Positions 1 through 9,000 of a stretch of DNA of 20,000 nt are shown here, one piece after another; the first letter of the stretch is position 1, and each line of letters starts with the position of its first letter. A program made the position numbers and the translations under genes. The notes under the pieces are model-generated. The model ran no database searches, was not told the origin of the DNA, and saw nothing but the letters and a program-made list of their open reading frames with translations. The stretch lies in the IMG/VR virus record IMGVR_UViG_3300050343_000171; one strand, 5' to 3'. The stretch is from an uncultured virus (IMG/VR IMGVR_UViG_3300050343_000171). Lineage: Duplodnaviria; Heunggongvirae; Uroviricota; Caudoviricetes; Crassvirales.

Positions 1-755
1 ATGTAAGATTAAATGCTGATTATTCTAATGTAGATAACAATACTCTTTTAAGAGAGTATTATAAACAAGCTAAGTCACATTTAGATTCAAGCGAAATTAA
101 CTTTATGATTGAAGATAATTTTTCATTTGATGAAGAAGTTGATGAAGAACGCGAGGTTCGTAAAAAGAAACTTGCATATAAAGAAGAGGTTGCTAAAGCC
201 CGAAAGCATTTAGATGGTTTAAAAAGTCAATATTACGAGGAAATCAAGTTGAGACCTGGTACGACACAAGACCAAAAAAAGGCAATGGATTTTTTCAACC
301 GCTATAATGAAGAGCAAAACACAGCTCAACAACAACATGAAGATTTTAAATCTGTTACTAATAAATATTTTTCCGATAATTTCAAAGGTTTTGAGATCGA
401 TTTAGGAGAAAAAAAATTTAGATATGGAGTTAAAAACCCTAGTGAAGTTGCAACTAAACAATCAAATATTTCCAACACAATTAAGAAGTTCTTAGATGAT
501 AAAGGTAATGTAAATGATGTTAAAGGTTATCATAAAGCTATGTACGCTGCTGACAATATTGATTCTATTGCAAAACATTTTTATGAGCAAGGTAAATCCG
601 ATGCTACTAAAAATTTAGTTGCAAAATCTAAAAACATATCTGACGACATTAGGCCTACGCCTAGTGGAGACGTATTTGTTAATGGATTAAAAGTTAAAGC
701 TATCAGCGGCCTTGATTCTTCTAAATTGAAGATAAAAACAAGAAAATTTAACTAA
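1..755 (+). CDS. Putative capsid scaffolding/assembly protein, 5'-truncated
   Basis: The frame is open from position 3 (VRLNADYSNVDNNTLLREYYKQAKSHLDSSEINF-MIEDNF...), so the ATG at 105 is probably internal. Charged and helical, with a basic C-terminus (SSKLKIKTRKFN), and lies directly upstream of the major capsid gene. Function inferred from position. Confidence 0.65.
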   Translation, partial: VRLNADYSNVDNNTLLREYYKQAKSHLDSSEINFMIEDNFSFDEEVDEEREVRKKKLAYKEEVAKARKHLDGLKSQYYEEIKLRPGTTQDQKKAMDFFNRYNEEQNTAQQQHEDFKSVTNKYFSDNFKGFEIDLGEKKFRYGVKNPSEVATKQSNISNTIKKFLDDKGNVNDVKGYHKAMYAADNIDSIAKHFYEQGKSDATKNLVAKSKNISDDIRPTPSGDVFVNGLKVKAISGLDSSKLKIKTRKFN

Positions 756-773
756 AAAACAAAACAATTAATT

Positions 774-2294
774 ATGGGACAAATTTCTCCTGTGTTTGGA
801 AGCATTATACCTTCTCAAACTCAATTAGCGCTACAAAACAATTACCTAGCGTTTAATGCTGGTGCAAATGACTTTGCACAACAATACTTACCTGAGGTTT
901 ATGAAGCTGAGGTAGAGAGATACGGAAATAGAACTTTAAATGGTTTCTTACGTATGGTTGGCGCTGAAATGCCAATGACATCTGATCAAGTAATTTGGTC
1001 TGAACAAAACAGATTACACGTGTCTTACACTGGTGTAACTCTCGTTGGAACTGCTGCTGCAAACGGAAATGTATTTACTTTTCCATTAGCTAATGGTGTT
1101 CAAAATGCTATTTTTGCAAACGACACTATTGTTGTAATGAATCCAGCTACTGGTGTTACAATAAAAGGTGTTGTAGGTACTAGCCAAAATATCGCTGGTC
1201 CTCTTGCATCTATTACTGCTTTTACTTTTGTAGGAAACAGCTGGCTTACTTTAGCTGATGCAGGTGTTGCAGCTGGAGCTGCTAACAGATCAACTTCGTT
1301 GAAAATATTTGTATATGGTTCTGCTTTTGCAAAAGGTACATCTCAAGCTACGGCTCAAGGTGCTGCTCCTAATGCTGCATCTTACAAATCTATTCAACCA
1401 CAGTTTACTCAATTTTCTAATCAACCAATTATCATAAAAGATTCGTTTCAAATAAATGGTTCTGATATGTCTCAAATCGGTTGGGTAGAAGTTGCTACAG
1501 AAGATGGTACATCAGGATACTTATGGTATTTAAAGTCTGAGTCTGAAACAAGACTAAGATTTGATGACTACTTAGAAATGGCAATGGTTGAAAGTGAATT
1601 AGCTAGTGGTGCTGGTGCTAACAGTTTTGCTGCTGGTGCAGCTGCTGGAAATGTTCCGGGATATAGTGCTGCAGTTAATGCGCATGGATCAGAAGGTTTA
1701 TTTGCTGCTATTCAATCAAGAGGTAACATACTATCTGGTTTTTCTGGAGGTACTGGTATTTCTGACTTTGATCAAGTTCTTAAGAACTTAGATACTCAAG
1801 GCGCTATCGAAGAAAACATGCTTTTCTTAAATAGAGATCTTGATTTAGAATTTGACGATATGCTAGGGCAAATTTCTGCTGGTTCTTCTGGTGGTACTGC
1901 TTATGGTTTATTTGAAAACTCTGAGGATATGGCACTTAACCTAGGTTTCTCTGGTTTTAGAAGAGGTTCTTATGACTTCTACAAAACTAGCTGGAAATAC
2001 TTAAACGACGCTTCTACAAGAGGTGCTGTTGCGGTTAACAATATCGAAGGTGTATTAATACCTGCTGGAACTTCAACTGTGTATGACCAACAACTTGGTA
2101 CTAACATAAGAAGACCGTTCCTTCACGTTAGATATAGAGCTTCACAAACTGAAGACAGACGATACAAAAACTGGATCACAGGATCTGCAGGTGGTGCTTA
2201 CACTACTGCGTTAGATGCGATGCAAGTTAATTGGTTGACTGAAAGATGTTTGGTTACTCAAGCCGCGAATAATTTCGTATTATTCCAACAATAA
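774..2294 (+). CDS. Major capsid protein (HK97 fold, crAss-like/Bacteroidota phage type), 506 aa
   Basis: Motifs QQYLPEVYEAEVERYGNRT, MTSDQVIWSEQNRLH, GFSGFRRGSYDFYKTSWKYLND and RPFLHVRYRAS resemble capsid proteins of marine Bacteroidota phages (recognition, not a search). Size and position fit, and a strong hairpin follows. Confidence 0.85.
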   Translation: MGQISPVFGSIIPSQTQLALQNNYLAFNAGANDFAQQYLPEVYEAEVERYGNRTLNGFLRMVGAEMPMTSDQVIWSEQNRLHVSYTGVTLVGTAAANGNVFTFPLANGVQNAIFANDTIVVMNPATGVTIKGVVGTSQNIAGPLASITAFTFVGNSWLTLADAGVAAGAANRSTSLKIFVYGSAFAKGTSQATAQGAAPNAASYKSIQPQFTQFSNQPIIIKDSFQINGSDMSQIGWVEVATEDGTSGYLWYLKSESETRLRFDDYLEMAMVESELASGAGANSFAAGAAAGNVPGYSAAVNAHGSEGLFAAIQSRGNILSGFSGGTGISDFDQVLKNLDTQGAIEENMLFLNRDLDLEFDDMLGQISAGSSGGTAYGLFENSEDMALNLGFSGFRRGSYDFYKTSWKYLNDASTRGAVAVNNIEGVLIPAGTSTVYDQQLGTNIRRPFLHVRYRASQTEDRRYKNWITGSAGGAYTTALDAMQVNWLTERCLVTQAANNFVLFQQ

Positions 2295-2302
2295 GATTGC
2301 TT

Positions 2303-2341
2303 TAAAGAGTTAGGCGCTTCGGCGCCTAGCCCTTTATTTTT
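2303..2341 (+). terminator. Rho-independent terminator after the capsid gene
   Basis: Stem GTTAGGCGC (2309-2317), TTCG loop (cUUCGg tetraloop), GCGCCTAGC (2322-2330). Extendable by TAAAG/CTTTA and followed by TTTATTTTT. Confidence 0.85.
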
Positions 2342-2345
2342 ATTA

Positions 2346-2365
2346 ATTATATTATATTATATTAT
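2346..2365 (+). repeat. (ATTAT)4 tandem repeat forming the translation initiation region of the 2364 gene
   Basis: attat attat attat attat read directly; the last unit supplies the AT of the start codon. Confidence 0.7.
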
Positions 2366-3128
2366 GTCAAAGACTAAAAAAACAGAAGCCCCTCAATGGG
2401 AGATAAAGAGTAGAACTTATCTACTATTAAATAACGCAGAGCCGTTAACTTATACATTAGGATCAAAAAATTCAAGAAGATCACCACTTATGTGGTTTGA
2501 TGAAACCACTGGAACTCAAAGAGAAATTAGATATGCAACTAATCAAAATTCATGTTTTGTTGATGAACAAAAAGGTGAAGTTACAATGGGGCACATTATA
2601 TTTGAAGAAGGTGTTTTAACAGTTCCTAAGGAAAAACAAAATTTACAAAAATTATTATCTTTATATCACCCAAGATTAAACAATACTTATTATGAATGGC
2701 AAGCTGATGAAGTTGCTGAAGACGAGCTTGATGATATAAACTTAGAACTTGATGCTATGATGGCAGCAAAAAACATGGATATAGATCATGCTGAAGCTGT
2801 TTTAAGAGTGGAAAAAGGATCTGGAGTTTCAAGTTTAAGCTCTCAAGAATTAAAAAGAGATCTACTTTTAATGGCTAGAAAAAATCCAGAAGGGTTTTTA
2901 GCAATAGCATCTGATGACAATGTTGGTTTAAGAAACGTTGGAATTGTAGCGGTAGAACAAAGCATTTTAAAACTTTCTCAAGATCAACGAGAATTTCTAT
3001 GGGGAAGTAATAATAGAAAATTAATGACTATACCATTTGATGAAAATCCATATTCAGCTTTAGCTGCTTGGTTTAAAACAGATGAAGGTGTAGATGTTTA
3101 CAAAACAATTCAGAAAAAGTTACAATAA
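2364..3128 (+). CDS. Conserved phage protein downstream of the major capsid gene (254 aa), function unknown, probably virion/assembly
   Basis: Uninterrupted ORF with genome-typical codon use and motifs REIRYATNQNSCFVDEQ and PFDENPYSALAAWFKTDEG. Occupies the capsid-adjacent slot seen in crAss-like phages. Confidence 0.7.
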   Translation: MSKTKKTEAPQWEIKSRTYLLLNNAEPLTYTLGSKNSRRSPLMWFDETTGTQREIRYATNQNSCFVDEQKGEVTMGHIIFEEGVLTVPKEKQNLQKLLSLYHPRLNNTYYEWQADEVAEDELDDINLELDAMMAAKNMDIDHAEAVLRVEKGSGVSSLSSQELKRDLLLMARKNPEGFLAIASDDNVGLRNVGIVAVEQSILKLSQDQREFLWGSNNRKLMTIPFDENPYSALAAWFKTDEGVDVYKTIQKKLQ

Positions 3129-3143
3129 CATGTAACTATAATT

Positions 3144-3178
3144 ATAGTGAAGGGTCACTTTTGTGGCCCTGTCATTAT
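3144..3178 (+). terminator. Intergenic stem-loop (terminator or mRNA-processing/stability hairpin)
   Basis: AGGGTCAC (3151-3158), TTTT loop, GTGGCCCT (3163-3170) with one G-U pair. Extends via ATAGTGA/TCATTAT with one bulge. The U-tract is weak. Confidence 0.6.
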
Positions 3179-3194
3179 TAACTAAAATATTAAA

Positions 3195-4145
3195 ATGGCA
3201 ATAAACGTAAATACTGTATACCAAACCGTTTTATTAATACTTAATAAAGAACAGAGAGGTTATATGACACCCGTAGAGTTTAACAAAACAGGTGCTCAAG
3301 CTCAATTAGAAATATTTGAAACATATTTTGACAGCTTAAATCAGCAAATACGTGTTCCACAAACAAATACAGATTACGCAGATAGAGTCGTAAATCTTGA
3401 TGAAAAAATCTCTATATTTAAAAAGTTCGGAACAGCAACTTCAATCTCTTCAAGTAATGTTTTTGAACTACCAGGTTATAATGACTACACATCTGGTTTA
3501 ACTTCTGCATCACAAACATTTAACACTACTGCTGCTACTGCTTACACTTTAACTGGAAACGCTTTAACACTTTCAAATAATGATTCAAGTGTTTCTGTAT
3601 TTTTAAATGGAGTTAAATTGGCACCAAATGCTTTTAGCTTAAGCGGATCTATTATTACATTATCTAGTGCTCCAGCTGCTGGCCAAGCGCTTATAGTAAA
3701 TCTTTATGCAAACGAATTTTATAGACTAGGACAATTGTTTTATACTCCAGGAGCTTTAGATACTCAAGAACTAGAAAGAGTCACTAGATCTGATTTGTTT
3801 CATTTAAATTCATCTAATTTAACTAAACCTTCAACAACATATCCTATATATGTTTATGAAAACAATCAAGTTATTGTTTATCCTATTACAATAACAAACG
3901 GGGTTCAAGCTGCATACATAAGAAAACCAGTACCACCACAATGGAATTTTACTTCAACCGCAGCATCAAACTATCAATATATTTATCAACCTGAAACCTC
4001 TGTTGATTTTGAAATACATTCAGCGGATCAAACAGAGCTTACGTTAAAAATATTATTATATGCGGGTGTTGTTATTGAAGACCCACAAATCGTACAGGTT
4101 GCAGCTCAACAAGTACAACAAGAAAACATTAATCAACAAAGATAA
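3195..4145 (+). CDS. Putative head-tail adaptor/ring (tail tubular A-like) protein, 316 aa, with an inserted beta-sandwich domain
   Basis: N-terminal helical motif VNTVYQTVLLILNKEQRGYMTPVEFNK and C-terminal YIRKP..P.W...DFEIH...LTLKILLYAGV resemble crAss-like ring proteins. Insert VFLNGVKL...ITLSSAPAAGQALIV at about 3500-3710. Confidence 0.65.
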   Translation: MAINVNTVYQTVLLILNKEQRGYMTPVEFNKTGAQAQLEIFETYFDSLNQQIRVPQTNTDYADRVVNLDEKISIFKKFGTATSISSSNVFELPGYNDYTSGLTSASQTFNTTAATAYTLTGNALTLSNNDSSVSVFLNGVKLAPNAFSLSGSIITLSSAPAAGQALIVNLYANEFYRLGQLFYTPGALDTQELERVTRSDLFHLNSSNLTKPSTTYPIYVYENNQVIVYPITITNGVQAAYIRKPVPPQWNFTSTAASNYQYIYQPETSVDFEIHSADQTELTLKILLYAGVVIEDPQIVQVAAQQVQQENINQQR

Positions 4146-4151
4146 TAAATT

Positions 4152-6044
4152 ATGCCTATACCCAATGGAGGTTTAATAAACGAAACCAATAGTCAATATT
4201 ACGCTGGAGCTCAGCAGTTTTACATAAGCACAAGCGGTACTGGTAAGACGTTTACATCGACTTTTGATACTGATTTAGTTTTTGGAGGATCAGATCCTGC
4301 AACCGGAAATTATAACAAGAACAATTTTAAAATGTTTACTAGTCCAAACGCAAATGTATGGACTGAATTATCTCCAATAGGATCTCAAGTTACAGGAACC
4401 GTTGTTAATGCAACTGGTTTTGCAAGCACGTCTGTAGATTTAACCGCTTATAACGAAGCTATACAAAGTGGCATGACCGTGTCTGGTGTTGGTGTAGAAT
4501 CAGCAACAACTGTTCTTAGTGTTATTAATCCTGGAACTTCAATAACGGGAAGTGCTTATGTTCCTTTTGTTACAGGAAACATCGGTTCTATATTAAGTGA
4601 TTATAGTGTTATAATGAATGCAGATATAACAGCAAGTATACAAGCTTTGGGAGCTAATGCTGTTGTTGATGATCCTAATCCTGGAGGTGTAGGAACTTGG
4701 ACAGATTATACACCACCAACTTTTGTACAAACTGTATCTACTAATGGTGGTTTAACCACTATTAATTGGAATAAACTACAAAATGGAACAGGCGTTGGAA
4801 TGCTTATTAGATTTCAACCAGCAATAACAGGTACAACAACCCTTACTTTAGGAACATATGATGCTACTATATTAGCAGGTATGGGTGTAAGTGGAAACTA
4901 TATATCAAATGGAACTATAGTTGTAAGTAATACTAATACAGCGGGGAGAAGTGTTTTGGTTTTAAACAAAAACATGACGCAAAGACCCGATAGTAGTGGT
5001 GTTTATACTTTTTTCAAACAAGAAATTACGCTTAATAAAAATGCTACTGTTGTTGACGCTGAGGTTTTAACATTTTCCAACGTTAATCCTTTCACGATGG
5101 TGAATAATGTTATAACTGTTAACACTGTTTTAGCTGCTGGCACTTATCTTAAAATACAGCTGAATGAAGATACCATGCACGATAGTAATGGTGATTATAG
5201 TTACACAAGACTGTATGACGTTATAGATAATTTTTTAATTGCATATGTAGGAGAAGGTAAACTTATAACAAGTGTAAAAAGATCTGATGTTATATTTCAC
5301 GCTAGAAGAGGATTACAAGAATTTAGTTATGATACGTTAAAAAGCATTAAATCTTCTGAACTTACAGTGCCTTCATCATTAAGTTTAACTATACCTCAAG
5401 ACTACGTTAATTATGTAAAATTATCTTGGGTTGATGAGTTAGGTGTTTTACATGTTATATATCCTACAAATAATTTAAATCAAAGCCCTTATTATACTTT
5501 TAGTCAAGATGACTTAGGTAATCCAATTCAAGATAATAATGATAATAATACAGAAGTTACTTCACAGATAAACCCTGTTTGGAGCAAAACTGATCCTAGA
5601 AGGATTAGCGGAGGATTTATTAATGAATTAAATAATGCCAACGCAGTGTTTGATCGTAGCGTTTATGAAGGTGCTTTAGGTCAAAGATATGGACTAGAAC
5701 CTCAAACTAGTCAAAAAAATGGTTGGTTTAAAATTGATGAAAGAAAAGGTACTTTTAATTTTACAAGTAATTTAGCAAACAGACTTATATTATTACAATA
5801 CATTTCTGATGGTAATGCTTATGATCTTGATACAAGAATACCTAAACTAGCTGAAGAAGCTTTGTATTCTTATATAATATATGCTTTATTATCTACAAGT
5901 ACAGGTATACAAGAATATATAGTAAGAAGATTTCAAAAAGAAAAAAGTGCTAAACTAAGAAATGCAAAAATTAGATTATCTAATCTTAAACTTGATCAAA
6001 TTGTTCAAGTTATGAGAGGTAAATCTAAGTGGCTTAAATTTTAA
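4152..6044 (+). CDS. Putative second ring/adaptor tail protein, 630 aa, with N-terminal beta-rich decoration domains
   Basis: C-terminal core DVIFHARRGLQEFSYDTLKS...LTIPQDYVNYVKLSWVD...LQYISDG...IPKLAEEALYSYI...LRNAKIRLSN, where PxDY is typical of tubular A/P22 gp4-like adaptors. The N-terminal half is Thr/Gly/Val-rich. Confidence 0.65.
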   Translation: MPIPNGGLINETNSQYYAGAQQFYISTSGTGKTFTSTFDTDLVFGGSDPATGNYNKNNFKMFTSPNANVWTELSPIGSQVTGTVVNATGFASTSVDLTAYNEAIQSGMTVSGVGVESATTVLSVINPGTSITGSAYVPFVTGNIGSILSDYSVIMNADITASIQALGANAVVDDPNPGGVGTWTDYTPPTFVQTVSTNGGLTTINWNKLQNGTGVGMLIRFQPAITGTTTLTLGTYDATILAGMGVSGNYISNGTIVVSNTNTAGRSVLVLNKNMTQRPDSSGVYTFFKQEITLNKNATVVDAEVLTFSNVNPFTMVNNVITVNTVLAAGTYLKIQLNEDTMHDSNGDYSYTRLYDVIDNFLIAYVGEGKLITSVKRSDVIFHARRGLQEFSYDTLKSIKSSELTVPSSLSLTIPQDYVNYVKLSWVDELGVLHVIYPTNNLNQSPYYTFSQDDLGNPIQDNNDNNTEVTSQINPVWSKTDPRRISGGFINELNNANAVFDRSVYEGALGQRYGLEPQTSQKNGWFKIDERKGTFNFTSNLANRLILLQYISDGNAYDLDTRIPKLAEEALYSYIIYALLSTSTGIQEYIVRRFQKEKSAKLRNAKIRLSNLKLDQIVQVMRGKSKWLKF

Positions 6045-6047
6045 TAC

Positions 6048-9000
6048 ATGGCAGAAATCAAAAATAGTTTTCTAAAGTCTAAAATGAATAAAGACTTAGA
6101 CGATAGACTAATACCTAACGGTGAATATAGAGATGCGCAGAATATATCTGTAGGTAAATCTGAATCCGACGATATTGGTTCTTTAGAAAATATATTAGGT
6201 AATTTTAAACAAGAAGAGCTTATAGACATTGTCGGAACTAAGTTTGTAATAGGAGTATATGATGATGAGCCAAATGAAAGACTGTATTACTTTATAACAA
6301 CAAATAATTCTCAAAACGTAACATGTAGTTTGTGTAGTAATTTTATAGTTGCTTATAACACTGATGGTTCAACTTTTGGAAATGGTAAAACATATCAAAC
6401 AATAGTTGAAGGATCATTTTTAAATTTTTCCACATTTTATCCTATTGTTGGAATTAATTTAATAGATGATTTATTATTTTGGACTGACAATAGAAATCAA
6501 CCAAGAGTAATAAATGTAACAAATGAATTAGGGTATTATACAAAAGAAACAGATATATCTGTTGCTAAGTTTTCTCCTTATGAACCTATTAGTTTATTAA
6601 AAACTACTACTAGCACGTTTACAAGCCAAGCAACTCCAACAGCAGGTGTTTTTGTTTTAAATATAGCTGCTAATACAAATATAACAGTAGGTATGTATGT
6701 GACTGGTGGTACAACTTTAATAACAGATTTAGTTCAAGTAACAAAAGTTGTTAGCAGCACTCAACTTCACTTAACAGCTACTTTAACAGTTCCTGGAGGT
6801 AGTGGAACGGTTCTTACTTTTACAGGAACCACAATGACAAATGAAAAAAATAATGCTACTTGGCCAGGTGATCCAAATTATTTAGAAGATAAGTTTGTAA
6901 GATTTAGCTATAGATATAGATATGCAGACGGAGAATATTCTGTTTTTGCTCCATTTACTCAACCTGCTTTTATTCCAAAACAAAAAGGTTATTTTATAAA
7001 TGGTAACGAAAAAGATGCTTATAGAAGTACTATTTTAAGTTGGATGGAAAACGAAATTCAAAATGTAGAACTTTTAATTCCTTTGCCAGATATAGGTTCA
7101 AATATAAAAGGAGAAAACCAAGCGCCTTTTGGTAGTTATAAAATTAACGAAATAGATATTCTTTACAAAGAGTCTGATGGTCTTGTTGTTAAAGTTTTAG
7201 ACACTATATCTTCTTCAAACTTTGCAAATCTTACGACTAATGTTTATACATATAATTATCAGTCTACAAAACCATACAAAACTTTAACGGAAGCGCAAAC
7301 AATAAGAGTTTATGATCAAGTACCCACAAGGGCTTTAGCTCAAGAAAGCTCTGGTAATAGAGTTATTTATGGAAATTTTTATGATAAATATAGTCCTCCA
7401 TCAAACGGTATATCATATAAAGTAGGTGTTAATAAAAAACAAATAAGTAATGATTATCAAAACTTTATTGAATATCCAAACAGCACGTTAAAGCAAAATA
7501 GAAATTATCAAGTTGGTTTTGTGTTAGGTGACAAGTTTGGAAGACAAACATCAGTTTTGTTATCTAATGAAATATCTGAATCTCAAACAATAAACGGTGT
7601 AAAATTTGGTTCTTCAACAATTTTTACTCCATATGATACTCAAGCTGAAGATGTTAAAGCTTGGTTTGGTGATGCTTTACAAGTGTATTTAGAAAATTCT
7701 ATTCAAGCTGGTGGAACTGACACTTATATAAGTGGACCAAGCAGTATAAATACGCCTAACACTGAAATAGGTAGTGATCCTGGCTTGTATGCAATGGCAA
7801 AAAATGGTAACACAGGTTTTAACGCCGCTGCTGGTTCTTCTGTGGCTGGAAAAGTTTACACGTTTACTTTAACAGGTGCTGCAACTGGTGTTCCAGTAAC
7901 TGGAGATTTTCTTAGAGGAGAGTTTACAGACTATGTTAAAGTTTTAAGTGCACCTAATGATGGCGCAACACCACCAGTTTATACCGTAACATGTGACGGT
8001 GATGTTAATACAAAGCTATATTCTTTAACTGTTCCTGCTACTAATCCTGATCCAAAATATTGTTATAAATTAAATGAAACAGGTTGGTATTCATACAAAG
8101 TAGTGGTTAAACAAAATGAACAAGATTATTACAATGCATATCTTCCGGGTGTATTAAATGGTTACCCTGCTCAAATAACAACATTACCAAATCCAAATCC
8201 AGGTAATGTTGAATTACCAATACCTTTTCCTGTTAATGAAGAAGGTAAAACTGCTAATATTGTTTTAATAAATGATAATATAAATAAAATACCTAGAGAT
8301 CTAGCAGAAGTTGGTCCTGATCAAAAACAATTTTCTAGTTCAGTTGAGTTATATGGTAGAGTTAATAATACTGCAACATCAAATGTTCAGTTTTATCCTG
8401 GTAACTTTTCTGATACAGCTATAAGCATATCTACAGCGGATGATTCTAATATGGTTCCAAACACATTAACAACTGTTGGTCAAGGAAATTTATATCAAAT
8501 TGATACAAATCCGTTAATAGCAAGAATATCTACATCTTTACCTATAGGTGTTACCACTGCTACTATGACACAGCAATTAGCCGTATATGAAACACAACCC
8601 GTAGAATCTATTTTAGATTTATACTGGGAGTCAACAACTACAGGTTTAATATCAGATTTAAATGCAGACATTAATAGTGGTTTTAATGGTGCTGTTGGTT
8701 TTTCTACATTTACATACGCTCAGACAGAACTTAATCCTACTGGTTTTAACGTTTTAAGCGCTGCATTTTTTCCAGTTAATGCAGCTGGAACCAATATAAC
8801 AACAGCTACACTTGATCCAACTACTTTTTCGGCAGTTAATTTTGCTGGTGTTGCTCAAGATTTTGTATTAACTGACAACGCTGGTAACCCTCCTTCTAAT
8901 ACATATAATGGCCCTTGGCAAATAAAAACAACAAATAATTTTGTTTACAATGCGGCATTTGCAGGGACTGGAGTTGGAACAAGTGGAAGTACTCAATTTT

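Noticed and set aside
105..107. ATG 105 as the start of the first gene
   Set aside because: The frame is open and protein-like back to the window edge, so the gene probably begins upstream.
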